From the IMG/VR virus record IMGVR_UViG_3300042568_000774: 28,614 nt of DNA, one strand, 5' to 3'. The notes under the pieces were generated by a model, which had not been told where the DNA came from, did no database searches, and worked only from the letters and a program-made list of their open reading frames with translations. Position 1 is the stretch's first letter. Each line of letters begins with the position of its first letter. Below are positions 5,387 to 15,035 of the stretch, piece by piece. This DNA is from a virus. Its lineage: Duplodnaviria > Heunggongvirae > Uroviricota > Caudoviricetes. Made by a program: the position numbers and the translations under genes.

Positions 5387-6152
5387 AACTAATTTTTTTA
5401 CCGCCTGTAATGGGATATATAAAGAATTTATACCTCTTTTCATATTATCACATTTATACTACAATGAAGATTGTTTCGTTGAAATAGGTGTTGATACAAT
5501 GTTAAAACCCGAAATTTTAAAAAGTTTACAAGTGTTAAATAAATTCTATCCTGATAAATTTAGTATTCACGTAATTGATTTTGGACCAATTAAAGTTAAT
5601 AACCAAAAATACAGTTCAATACCTAATACCATTAGATTTTTTACGCCGCCTAAAAACAAAAGTAAATACGTTTACATATCAGATATTGACATTATTTGTC
5701 TTCAGAAAGAATTAACTGACATTCACATAAATGATATGGAAAAATTAAATTTACCATACTCAAATATTGTTAGACCAGTTAAAGACCAATCCCACCCTCA
5801 TCGTAGATTAAGTGGGCTACATTTCACAACTTATGATAGTTACTATCCAATACCAAATTACGATGATTTATGCCAAAGAGGGTTGTTACAACATGATGAA
5901 GTATTTTTATATGAATTAGTTAAAAAACGTTATCCTAATTTTAATATGGAAAATACATATAGACCTGTTCACGGTATTCACGTATCTCCAAATAGAAATC
6001 CTACAGGTACTATGAATTGGGGTATGCCAAATTGGAAAAACCAATGGTTTGAATTTAGAAACTCTAATGAGTTTAAGGAACTTGAACCAACTTTAAGTAA
6101 AATGATTAAAGAAAAAATACAAATAATCGAAGATTTTTATAATAATGGATAA
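5373..6152 (+). CDS. Putative glycosyltransferase-like protein
   Basis: YVYISDIDII DxD-type motif; translationally coupled within the GT operon. Confidence 0.5.
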   Translation: MKMIKTNFFTACNGIYKEFIPLFILSHLYYNEDCFVEIGVDTMLKPEILKSLQVLNKFYPDKFSIHVIDFGPIKVNNQKYSSIPNTIRFFTPPKNKSKYVYISDIDIICLQKELTDIHINDMEKLNLPYSNIVRPVKDQSHPHRRLSGLHFTTYDSYYPIPNYDDLCQRGLLQHDEVFLYELVKKRYPNFNMENTYRPVHGIHVSPNRNPTGTMNWGMPNWKNQWFEFRNSNEFKELEPTLSKMIKEKIQIIEDFYNNG

Positions 6153-6849
6153 TTTAGAGTATAAGAAACCTAAAATAATTGTTTATAGTGTTAACACCGG
6201 AGGATATGATGAATTAAGGTCTCCTGATGTGTATGACCCAAACATTAGATATATTTTATTTACGGATAATAAGTATTTCAAATCCGATGTTTGGGAAATT
6301 AACCACATCGACTTTGTTGATAGTAAGTTAGACAATAGAAGAAAGGCCAGATATATTAAAATAAACCCACATTTAGTTTTACCTAATCACGATATTAGTA
6401 TATGGGTGGACCATTGTTATAAACCTAAATTTAATAACGCCGAAGAATTTTTAAAAGAAATTGGTTTTTTCAACAATAACATTATGTCATATAAACACGA
6501 TGTTAGACAATGTATATATTCAGAATCCGAAGAAGTTAAACAACAAAGATTAGATTATGATAATATTGTTAATTCTCAAATGTCTAGATATAGAATTGAG
6601 GGATTTCCTCGTAATTATGGTTTATTTGATAGTGGATTCACTATTAGAAAATATAATAAAGTAGTTAACGAATTTAATGATATTTGGTGGAGTGAAGTAA
6701 AAAACTTTAGTGCTAGAGACCAATTATCTCAAGTTTACTCATCTTGGAAATCAGGTATAGATATAAAACCAATACCGGTTGGTTCATCAATTTATTCAAA
6801 TAAATATTTAAATCCAAAAATTAAACATCCAAGAAAATGGTTGATATAA
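6145..6849 (+). CDS. DUF616 (TOD1/MUCI70-like) glycosyltransferase-like protein
   Basis: IVYSVNTGGYDEL, YILFTD, K.NPH.VLP, SIWVD and RDQLS motifs. Confidence 0.8.
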   Translation: MDNLEYKKPKIIVYSVNTGGYDELRSPDVYDPNIRYILFTDNKYFKSDVWEINHIDFVDSKLDNRRKARYIKINPHLVLPNHDISIWVDHCYKPKFNNAEEFLKEIGFFNNNIMSYKHDVRQCIYSESEEVKQQRLDYDNIVNSQMSRYRIEGFPRNYGLFDSGFTIRKYNKVVNEFNDIWWSEVKNFSARDQLSQVYSSWKSGIDIKPIPVGSSIYSNKYLNPKIKHPRKWLI

Positions 6850-7421
6850 TCGCGGTAACATACGGTCAAAATGAAATATTAAAATGTTTCATAAATTCAA
6901 TTAGAGCACAAACGAGTAATAATTGGAGATTAGTTATTATTCATGATGGCCCAAATCCAATATTACGTAAAGACCTTAGAGATAATGGTTATTTAAGTTC
7001 AAATAGAATTAGTTTTATTGAACATCCGGTAAGAACCGAAAATTATGGTCATTTATTACGTAAATGGTCATTAGAAAATGTAATTAAAAATGAATATGTA
7101 TTATTAACTAATGGTGATAATTACTATACACCAAATATGATTGAAGAAGTAAGTAAAAGAACTGAAGATTTAATATATTTTGATTTAATTCATTCTCATA
7201 AAACACCATTTAATAGTAATGGTTCTACTTACGGATTAATGAATAGTCAATTAGTTAGTTCTAAAGTTGATATGGGTAATGTTGTTATTAAAAGTGAATT
7301 GGCTAAAAAAGTAGGTTTTAATTCCGTGGCATTTAATGCTGACTGGATTTACTTTACTGAAGTTTTAAAATTATCCCCAAGTATTTTTAAAATAGACAAA
7401 GTATTATTCGTACATAACTAA
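6837..7421 (+). CDS. GT2-family glycosyltransferase
   Basis: IIAVTY...WRLVIIHDG...YVLLTNGDNYY...ADW. Confidence 0.8.
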   Translation: MVDIIAVTYGQNEILKCFINSIRAQTSNNWRLVIIHDGPNPILRKDLRDNGYLSSNRISFIEHPVRTENYGHLLRKWSLENVIKNEYVLLTNGDNYYTPNMIEEVSKRTEDLIYFDLIHSHKTPFNSNGSTYGLMNSQLVSSKVDMGNVVIKSELAKKVGFNSVAFNADWIYFTEVLKLSPSIFKIDKVLFVHN

Positions 7422-7426
7422 AAAAC

Positions 7427-7452
7427 AAAAAGATGTCTCACGACATCTTTTT
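7427..7452. terminator. Bidirectional intrinsic terminator
   Basis: AAAAAGATGTC-TCAC-GACATCTTTTT between convergent operons. Confidence 0.8.
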
Positions 7453-7520
7453 GCTAGATTTGGAATTTTCCCCTTTCTTTTAGTTGGTTAATCCCATTCG
7501 GATTCTACTCCGAAGGTGCT

Positions 7521-9104
7521 TTAATTAGACATAGCTTTTTCACGAATCTCATCGTGAGCATTTTCTAATTTTTCAGTTATGCCATTTAACAATGGACATA
7601 ATATTTTTGTGATATCACTTTCAAGTTTGTTTAAAAAGTCATTTCCATTAACATAATCAAATAGATTGTTTCTTACCATATCATATAATCCACCATCTAA
7701 ATCATTGTCTTTTTCTAATTTTCCAACACTTCCATCAATGATTGATTTTGAAATAGATTTTGTTAAATAACTACAATCTAATAATTTCTCAATATCATTT
7801 ATTTTAATATCGTCAATTGAACTTATGATAGATTTACTCATCCATCCATCAGGATGTAATGGGGTTAATTTAGATACTAACCATTCACCCATATATTCTT
7901 TGAACGTGTCGAATATAGAATCGTGGTCTTCTTTATCAAAGAACCCTTTTAACGTATCAAAAAATTGTTCTTGGATAATGTGTTTACTAAACCCTTGAGA
8001 ATTTAAATAAATTGATTCTGTCAAGATATCATTAAATAATCTTTTTTGCTGTGGTTTTGTGTTTATAATAGGTGATTCAACTATGATTGACGCTCTATTT
8101 TTAATGATTTTTGATTCCGCCGAATATGTTCTTAATTTTTCATTTTTAACTTTATTTAAATTTTCTTTAATAACATTTTTAATAGTTAAATCAGTTGATT
8201 CATTAAGACCTATAATATATGGACTAGGCGCTTTAAGATATTTAGTTTTACCCGCTAAAATTCTAAACACTTGTCTTTTATTAATTTTCTTATTTAAAAA
8301 TCCGTAAGGTGACAATTTACTTTTTACTGATGCCGTTTCTCCTTCTGTAAAACCTTGGAAACTATCAAATTGACCTGAACCATCACATTTAACTAATTGT
8401 TGTCTAAACTCTCTTAATTGTGGAATTGGTGTTGTTTCAACTTGAGCGTTATATTGTAACGCCGCTCCAAGATATTGACCTAAAATTGTTCTACAACCTT
8501 CAGCATCTAATTTAATTCCTCCGACAACACCCGCTTGTAAATCTTTAGTTTTACCTTTTGGTAAATATATCATTACATTTTTCCATCCTTTATCTCTGTC
8601 TAATGCAGGGACTTGTGAAAATTGAGTTGTTAAAATATCATTATCAGGTAATGAATTCTCATCAGTTATAACTAGTTTTGTCACATCAGGATAAGTAGAT
8701 GTTAATAAATCATTCCATTGTTTAAAAATATTTGACACGGCACCTTTATCAACATAAGATTGTAAGTTAGCCGTTACATTTTTTAGTGTTTTCGTCAATG
8801 TTTCTTTATCTAATTTTGAGTCAATACCAAATGTTGATAATAATGGATTATTAGTGATTGCCTCACACACCCAATATCTTTTTTCTTTAGTTTTCATGTT
8901 TTGTGCCGTCATGTCAGCATAAAACACAATATCTTCACCTTTACTATTTTTTCCATAATAAATGCTCTTACCGGCAATTTTACCAAATTGACCATTACTT
9001 AACCATTGTGGAAAACATCCGGCTTGTAATGCTTTATACAACTTATCTCTATCATTGTTGGTAGGTTGTGTTGCTTGTTCTTTTAAAATTCTATTAAGTT
9101 TCAT
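7521..9104 (-). CDS. Hypothetical, probable virion-associated protein (527 aa)
   Basis: MKLNRILKEQ leader; several internal [IL]xE sites (LNES, IKEN, LTES, IQEQ); last gene of the minus-strand block. Confidence 0.75.
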   Translation of the reverse strand: MKLNRILKEQATQPTNNDRDKLYKALQAGCFPQWLSNGQFGKIAGKSIYYGKNSKGEDIVFYADMTAQNMKTKEKRYWVCEAITNNPLLSTFGIDSKLDKETLTKTLKNVTANLQSYVDKGAVSNIFKQWNDLLTSTYPDVTKLVITDENSLPDNDILTTQFSQVPALDRDKGWKNVMIYLPKGKTKDLQAGVVGGIKLDAEGCRTILGQYLGAALQYNAQVETTPIPQLREFRQQLVKCDGSGQFDSFQGFTEGETASVKSKLSPYGFLNKKINKRQVFRILAGKTKYLKAPSPYIIGLNESTDLTIKNVIKENLNKVKNEKLRTYSAESKIIKNRASIIVESPIINTKPQQKRLFNDILTESIYLNSQGFSKHIIQEQFFDTLKGFFDKEDHDSIFDTFKEYMGEWLVSKLTPLHPDGWMSKSIISSIDDIKINDIEKLLDCSYLTKSISKSIIDGSVGKLEKDNDLDGGLYDMVRNNLFDYVNGNDFLNKLESDITKILCPLLNGITEKLENAHDEIREKAMSN

Positions 9105-9122
9105 TTTAACTGTGTTTTTATA

Positions 9123-9734
9123 TTATTTCCAATCGTCTACAGACCCCGGATTAACTGCCGGAGTTGTATCAGGTGTTATTGTAGTTTCAGGTTTATCTTC
9201 CGGAGTTATAGTTTCATCATCTTTAGTTTTTGGAGTTATTGATTTATTCTCACCATCAGTCGGTGTTGGAGGTTGTTTAGCAAATTTAGTTCTAATTGCA
9301 TCTCCAATAGCGTCTAAAGTTAATTTTCCTATTTTACCATCAGCACCATCTTTATTAGGCCCTGATGAACCTAGTTTGGCCTTATATTTTGTTATTAATA
9401 AATTTTGTAATTTCTTAACAGTATCTTCATAACTTAAAGAAACTTCAGGTGTTGCCGTAGCAGCTGTTGCCGGAGCCGCTGTTGCCGGAGCCGCTGTTGC
9501 CGGAGCCGATGTTGCCGGAGCCGCTGTTGTCGGAGCCGCTGTTGCCTGTGTTGCTAAATCCGATGGTAAGGTTACACCCATTTTTTTACCATATTTATTT
9601 ATCAAATCGCCGGCCTCTTCTTGTTCAAAAATAACTTTAGTATTTTCTTCAAGTGTTTTCTTATTATCATAATTCATCATAAGAAGAATTCTCTTCAAAG
9701 ATTCATTACCCTCATTTAAACTATATTTTTCCAT
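9123..9734 (-). CDS. Leader + ATAAP-repeat linker + peptidoglycan-binding (PG_binding_1-like) protein
   Basis: VKKLQNLL...G...DGKIGKLTLDAI motif; Ala/Thr/Pro repeats. Confidence 0.7.
   Translation of the reverse strand: MEKYSLNEGNESLKRILLMMNYDNKKTLEENTKVIFEQEEAGDLINKYGKKMGVTLPSDLATQATAAPTTAAPATSAPATAAPATAAPATAATATPEVSLSYEDTVKKLQNLLITKYKAKLGSSGPNKDGADGKIGKLTLDAIGDAIRTKFAKQPPTPTDGENKSITPKTKDDETITPEDKPETTITPDTTPAVNPGSVDDWK
9451..9546. repeat. 15-bp tandem repeat GTTGCCGGAGCCGCT (5 copies plus degenerate flanks) encoding (T)AAPAT
   Basis: Units start at 9466, 9481, 9496, 9511 and 9526; degenerate unit at 9451 and partial unit at 9541. Confidence 0.95.
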
Positions 9735-9735
9735 C

Positions 9736-10509
9736 TTATTGTCTTATTGTTTGTTGTGACGCAATTTGTTTTAATTGTTCTTCGGCATTAGGGGTTTGAA
9801 TTCCTGCTAGTTTTAATTGATTTACCGATTGTACTTTTGGTTGTTCCTCATCACTTAATAATTTTATTAATTTTTCTAACGATTGAATATCAAAAGAACC
9901 TGTTTCAGGTAATCCCGCACTTTGTTGAATTTCTTTACTTTGACTCTGTAATTGTTCAACACTTGCATTTGCACTACCCGGTTTTAACTTTTCTAATTTG
10001 GCAATTGATGTTGTATAATTACATTTAGTTAAATTAAATATTTTTTTATTCTTAACGTTTTGAGCAAACCATTCCTCGCCAACTTTACCATAAATATAGT
10101 TTTTATCACCAGGGTTTTTAATATTTAATGTAAGACCTGCTGGTGGAGTTTTTAATGGTAAACACTTTTCGTTAGTTTTTACGTTAGTTTTACTTGAAGA
10201 CTCTCTTTTTTCAGGAGTATCATCAAAAATACTTATAACATTTCCTTCTTCATCTACAAGATTATAATGTTCCTTTTTTAATTTCTTAACAATTGCTGGG
10301 CTAGCAAACTTTAACCATTCACCACTAAATTTCCCATCTTCATCCATTCTTTTAAAAACCAACAAATTATCACTTAACCCAATTTGATAAATGGGTTGTT
10401 TTTTAGTATCAGGGTCAACTTCACCCTTAATTTGTTTGATTGGGTATTTATCGGTATTAGTTGGTGTATAGTCCTCTAAAATTAATCTTCTCATATTTAT
10501 ATTTTTCAT
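9736..10509 (-). CDS. Hypothetical virion-associated protein with partial PG-binding-like C-terminal motif
   Basis: RRLILED leader; IQQSAGLPETGSFD resembles the FQ..GL..TG..D half of PG_binding_1. Confidence 0.65.
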   Translation of the reverse strand: MKNINMRRLILEDYTPTNTDKYPIKQIKGEVDPDTKKQPIYQIGLSDNLLVFKRMDEDGKFSGEWLKFASPAIVKKLKKEHYNLVDEEGNVISIFDDTPEKRESSSKTNVKTNEKCLPLKTPPAGLTLNIKNPGDKNYIYGKVGEEWFAQNVKNKKIFNLTKCNYTTSIAKLEKLKPGSANASVEQLQSQSKEIQQSAGLPETGSFDIQSLEKLIKLLSDEEQPKVQSVNQLKLAGIQTPNAEEQLKQIASQQTIRQ

Positions 10510-10511
10510 TA

Positions 10512-11816
10512 CTAAAATTCGTCTTTATCAACTTGTTTATAAATAATTTCATCATCAGGTGAAATTTCATAATCTTTTTTAATTATTTCTTGGTCTTTCT
10601 TAATTACCTTACTATAATCCCATCCTTTACCTGAAATAAAACGAGCCTTATCATCAGTATCAATAATTATTACATTGTTTTCACATTTCCAAGTACCATT
10701 CATAATTTCTCCACTTTCATGTTCATAACTAAATTTTGAATTTTTATAAAAGTTTAAAATATCTAAACCGTTTGATGACTTAAATGAAACTTTACTATCC
10801 GAATTTTTTGGTAAAGCCTCACCAAACCCACGAATACAAGGGTAATCTTTAACCCAAGAAGGTTCGTTAACAGATGATTGATTTTTATTACAATTTTTTA
10901 ATTCATTAGGGTATTCTTTATTTAATATATCAACAGACCTTTTATATTTTAGATTATCATTAATATTAAACTCTTTACAAGTACTAACATTCTTGGTATA
11001 CCATTTACATTCTATAACCTTAAATACGTATTTTTTACTACCTGTTGGGTCTTTTAACCAACCATTAGTATTACAAGAAGAATTTGAATTTCCATTGTTT
11101 TCCTCTTTTCTCCAATCATTCCACCATTTTTTGGCGTCCTCACCAATGTCGTGAAACCATTCACCGGCTTTATTAATTAATGATGGAACACCAATTTTAA
11201 TGTCTTCCCAAAAACTAGTATCGTCTTTGTCTTTTAATTTTTTCTGTAATTCACTATCGGTTACTTTTTTTAACCATTTTTTATTTTTTCCACGATAAAC
11301 TTCACCATCCTCAGTTGTTATTACAACATCATTATCATCACAAACATAATCACCACTAATACGTTTACCACTTTTAAAAATATAAAGAAAGTCTCCATTT
11401 TTAGAGAAATACCATTTATCACCTTTATCATTGATATAAACAACTTTGTTTGGGTCTGTAGTACCACTTAAACTTTTAACTCCATTTTTTACACAATCCG
11501 GAGTCCAAGAAGGTAATTCAGTTGTTGGTTGGGGGTCGTTACCCGTTGTACTATTACTACTACAATATGATAAATTTTTAGCCCAACCTAAATCACACGC
11601 GTATGTTTGATAAAATGATTTAATTGTCCAATCTGATGAAATAATATTATTTGTTTTAGCTCTTTTAAACGTTTCATTAGTTTGAGATTCATCTTGAAAT
11701 CGTATTTTAACCCAAGTCTTTAAATTAGGATAAGCGTTGTTAAACACGTCTAACTTTCCTAAAGACTTAGCCTTTGCTTTCATTTTTATATATAATTGTT
11801 CTCTATCTAAAGCCAT
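10512..11816 (-). CDS. Hypothetical protein with a duplicated Cys/Trp domain
   Basis: Two PSW...C...G[DT][YW].C...[VI][VI]I.T.D...W modules; ends in TAG. Confidence 0.75.
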   Translation of the reverse strand: MALDREQLYIKMKAKAKSLGKLDVFNNAYPNLKTWVKIRFQDESQTNETFKRAKTNNIISSDWTIKSFYQTYACDLGWAKNLSYCSSNSTTGNDPQPTTELPSWTPDCVKNGVKSLSGTTDPNKVVYINDKGDKWYFSKNGDFLYIFKSGKRISGDYVCDDNDVVITTEDGEVYRGKNKKWLKKVTDSELQKKLKDKDDTSFWEDIKIGVPSLINKAGEWFHDIGEDAKKWWNDWRKEENNGNSNSSCNTNGWLKDPTGSKKYVFKVIECKWYTKNVSTCKEFNINDNLKYKRSVDILNKEYPNELKNCNKNQSSVNEPSWVKDYPCIRGFGEALPKNSDSKVSFKSSNGLDILNFYKNSKFSYEHESGEIMNGTWKCENNVIIIDTDDKARFISGKGWDYSKVIKKDQEIIKKDYEISPDDEIIYKQVDKDEF

Positions 11817-11818
11817 AA

Positions 11819-13495
11819 TTAAAATCCTGATTCGTCAGCTGTTTTTATTTTTTCCGGAGTTATAATTGTATCATTATCGACCGGAGCCGGTATTGGTAAA
11901 TTTTCAAGAGAATCCACTTTTCTTTTGAAATCCTCGTCTAATTTATTTTTTAAAGAATCTAACTTTTGTTTAGAATCATCTATAATTGGTTTAACTTTTT
12001 TAATTACTTCTTCACCATCTTCTTTATCTAGTTTTGTTTCAGGATTTGCTAACCATAATATCATATCTTTAATTCCAACAATAACATTATCCGCAAATCC
12101 AGGTATAAGACTTTCCCAAGTATTGAATTGTTCGTAAGCGTATTGTAAATAAACTTTTAAAACGGTTTCTAACTCTACTTTAGCATCTTTGTATTTTTTC
12201 TTATATTCGTTAATTTGTTCATCTGTCTCTAAACCAAGTGCCTTATAATAATTTTTATTATAATTTTTTGATAAAGTTTGTACCCACCCCAAATCTTCAA
12301 AAAAATACCAATCTTCAACAATTTTAGCAAAAACATCAACAGCCAATTCTAAACCAGCAATTATTAAGTTTATTCTAACATATACCGTTGCGTATTCTGC
12401 AATATATTTTTTTGCCGCGGCACTTTTTCCCGCTTTTTTAATATATTCACCCCAAGCTGATGGGACTAATGTCGACCCATACCAAAAATCAGCCTTTAAT
12501 TCACCAAACTTAGTAGAATGGTCACCCTTTAAATCCATATTTTTAAGCCTTACTAAATCACCCCACATTTCTGATTTACTACCGTATTTCTTTTCAACCC
12601 TTTTTTTATTTGCGTAAGTGATGTCTTTCATTTGTGACCAAAATTTACTTATTCTATCATTAAAAGTCCCATACTCTTTCTGAAATTCCTTTTCAAAGGC
12701 ACCGGTTGCTAATTTTTTGGCTCTACCATATCCATTTAAATTTTCTTTATCTAATCTTTTTTTAACGCTAGGAGGTACATTTTTTGATATCCAATCATTT
12801 ATTTTATCAAAATTATCCCTTCTCATTTTTGTTAATTTTTCAAAATTTAATGAAATTTGTTTTTTATAATTTGCAATATTTGTAGAACCAGTATCAATAC
12901 TAAGTTGTTTAATTAATTCCAAAGTTTCATTTAATAATGTTTCTTCAGATTTAAACATACTTTTAACTGAATCAAAAAAACTATAAAAAGGTTTTGCCCA
13001 ATTTTTACCATGAACCTTTTCCAACCATTTAACCTGATTAGATGTAATTCCTCCTAATTCTGTAAATGTTTTATCTAATGCTTTTTTAGTTTTAGCCCAT
13101 TTAGTACCAGCTCTTCTCATTTTATTAAGAACTGCGTTCATATAACCTTCTGTTTGTGCATCAATTGGATTATTTCTTCTTGTTTTTGCGGCTTTTATTG
13201 CTCGTTCAAGTTCCGCAATTGTTTTAACACCGTTTGGTGTTTTTATAAAATTTGAAAATTTTAATTTAATTGCATTGTCCGATGCGTCATCAATTTCCCC
13301 CTTGATAAATCGTCTAATTAACGCTCTTTCTTCTGTAGTTACTGCTTTTAACGAACCCCTAACGAGTGCGTTAAATATTGTAGCAATAGTTTCATTTGTT
13401 GGACCTTCTAAAAGTATATTAACTTCTTCAGTAATTACAGGTAAACCCATATTACTTCTTATTTGATTAATTTCTAATATTAATTTATTTTCCAT
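11819..13495 (-). CDS. Large basic helical protein, possible ejection protein
   Basis: 558 aa; LILE...ITEE...LLEG leader; one hydrophobic segment (VYVRINLIIAGLELAVDVFAKIV). Confidence 0.7.
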   Translation of the reverse strand: MENKLILEINQIRSNMGLPVITEEVNILLEGPTNETIATIFNALVRGSLKAVTTEERALIRRFIKGEIDDASDNAIKLKFSNFIKTPNGVKTIAELERAIKAAKTRRNNPIDAQTEGYMNAVLNKMRRAGTKWAKTKKALDKTFTELGGITSNQVKWLEKVHGKNWAKPFYSFFDSVKSMFKSEETLLNETLELIKQLSIDTGSTNIANYKKQISLNFEKLTKMRRDNFDKINDWISKNVPPSVKKRLDKENLNGYGRAKKLATGAFEKEFQKEYGTFNDRISKFWSQMKDITYANKKRVEKKYGSKSEMWGDLVRLKNMDLKGDHSTKFGELKADFWYGSTLVPSAWGEYIKKAGKSAAAKKYIAEYATVYVRINLIIAGLELAVDVFAKIVEDWYFFEDLGWVQTLSKNYNKNYYKALGLETDEQINEYKKKYKDAKVELETVLKVYLQYAYEQFNTWESLIPGFADNVIVGIKDMILWLANPETKLDKEDGEEVIKKVKPIIDDSKQKLDSLKNKLDEDFKRKVDSLENLPIPAPVDNDTIITPEKIKTADESGF

Positions 13496-13501
13496 TTTTA
13501 T

Positions 13502-14683
13502 TTATTTTATCATTTTAACTTCCAAACCTTTAGTTAAGTCCACAGGGGAATACTTAACACCATCAATTATATAATACTGAGGATACATTTTGTTATTTTT
13601 TTTAACCATAATAATTTTAAACGTTTTTGGTTTAAAAGCAGACTTAAACAATTTAGGGTTTTCATCTAATATGGTGTTAAGTAAATCTTTATCTGTAAAA
13701 TTTTCCAAATCACTTGATACTAATGCTGAATCTTTTTCTGGATTACTTTCAAAAAATTTAGCAATAGCATCACTTTTTGATTCAAACCATTTCACTAATT
13801 TATATGTTCCAGCACCTGAGACTCCCGCTAATGATAGTCTTAGTGGGTTTACAACAGTTTTAACCGCTTTACTTGGGGTTTTCCACAACTCAATTGCTTT
13901 GGTTATTTCAGAATATTTTTTATCAACCCAACTTCCTAATTCTTTAGGTAATCCATCAGTTTTTGGTTTAAATTTTTCAAGAAAAGATACAAATTTTTTC
14001 ATAAAATTAGGGCCGAATTTTTCTATCAATAATTTAAACATTTTACTAGCGGATTTAAGAGTGGCTTTACCTAATTTAAAAATTCCTTGCCCCAATAAAA
14101 TAGCTCCAATGTCTACAATAAGATTTTGAAACCCAATATTTGTTGTAAAATGAAACTTAAACCATTCCCATAATTGTTTACTATATAATCCAGTAATCGA
14201 AGGATTTGGAATCATTGTGACCGGGTACTCAGGCATTTTAGGCCCATTATTATCCCAATCTCTCACCATCATATAAGCGTCATTAATAATAATTGCACCA
14301 TCTAAAATCATAAACAATATTGGTGCACCGATTTCGGCACCCGCAATAGATAACACAACTTGTAATGTTGCTCCTTCAGGTGTGAAAAAAAATTCACGTA
14401 CTTCTAACAACCATTCTGAAAATGTTTTAGAATCTATTTTTTTAGTCATTTTTGGAAACGTGGCTGTTGATATTTTTTTACCATCCGGACCTCTAAATGA
14501 AACCGCTGTTTTATCTACATATTTACGAGTATTATTTTCAAACTCATCATTTTTAAGTTTTTTAATATCTTGGTCTGTAAATTTTTTCTGTTCCGATAAT
14601 GTTTTTGTCGAATCATAACGCATCATAAGAAGTACTCTATTTAAAGCATCATTCCCTTCGGTTATAGTATAAGTTGAATTCAT
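13502..14683 (-). CDS. Membrane-segment protein, possible ejection protein (start revised to MNSTYT)
   Basis: ATG 14683 is 5 nt after ATATTTAT; the track start overlaps the upstream gene; hydrophobic LQVVLSIAGAEIGAPILFMILDGAIII segment. Confidence 0.75.
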   Translation of the reverse strand: MNSTYTITEGNDALNRVLLMMRYDSTKTLSEQKKFTDQDIKKLKNDEFENNTRKYVDKTAVSFRGPDGKKISTATFPKMTKKIDSKTFSEWLLEVREFFFTPEGATLQVVLSIAGAEIGAPILFMILDGAIIINDAYMMVRDWDNNGPKMPEYPVTMIPNPSITGLYSKQLWEWFKFHFTTNIGFQNLIVDIGAILLGQGIFKLGKATLKSASKMFKLLIEKFGPNFMKKFVSFLEKFKPKTDGLPKELGSWVDKKYSEITKAIELWKTPSKAVKTVVNPLRLSLAGVSGAGTYKLVKWFESKSDAIAKFFESNPEKDSALVSSDLENFTDKDLLNTILDENPKLFKSAFKPKTFKIIMVKKNNKMYPQYYIIDGVKYSPVDLTKGLEVKMIK

Positions 14684-14714
14684 AGTTAATAAATATCGGT
14701 GAATTATTTTTTTT

Positions 14715-14972
14715 TTAAGGTACCGGATTTGCGTGACCTCTTGTAAGACCTGTCTCCCATTTTTCACCGGCTAAACCTAATTTATTGGCTTTACCTCTTG
14801 TTAATCCGGTTTCCCACTTTCTACCGGTGTTTGTAGTTGTTCCACCACCACCTCCACCAGCAGCGGGTGCCGCAGCGGCAGGAGATTCTTCTTGTTCACC
14901 AAGTTCTTCATTTGAATCACTCGTTGTATATCTCTTCATTAAACTAATTATGTGGTCAATATCTGTTCTCAT
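14715..14972 (-). CDS. 85-aa protein with two KWETGLTRGxAN repeats
   Basis: Repeat is conserved at protein level with synonymous DNA differences; ATATTTAT 6 nt upstream. Confidence 0.8.
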   Translation of the reverse strand: MRTDIDHIISLMKRYTTSDSNEELGEQEESPAAAAPAAGGGGGGTTTNTGRKWETGLTRGKANKLGLAGEKWETGLTRGHANPVP

Positions 14973-15008
14973 ATGTTGATAAATATTTTTTGTTTTGGAA
15001 AAAAGTTG

Positions 15009-15016
15009 TATATTTG
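15009..15016 (+). promoter_or_regulatory. TAnnTTTG box (TATATTTG)
   Basis: 19 nt upstream of the lipoprotein ATG. Confidence 0.6.
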
Positions 15017-15035
15017 TAAAATAAAACCATAATAT

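Noticed and set aside
9451-9546. 15-bp repeats as a CRISPR array
   Set aside because: The units are contiguous with no spacers and lie in frame in a CDS. No CRISPR array or cas gene was seen in the window.
10443-10500. RTATTTAT copies inside or antisense to CDSs
   Set aside because: Expected by chance in AT-rich DNA; they do not lie upstream of a co-oriented start.
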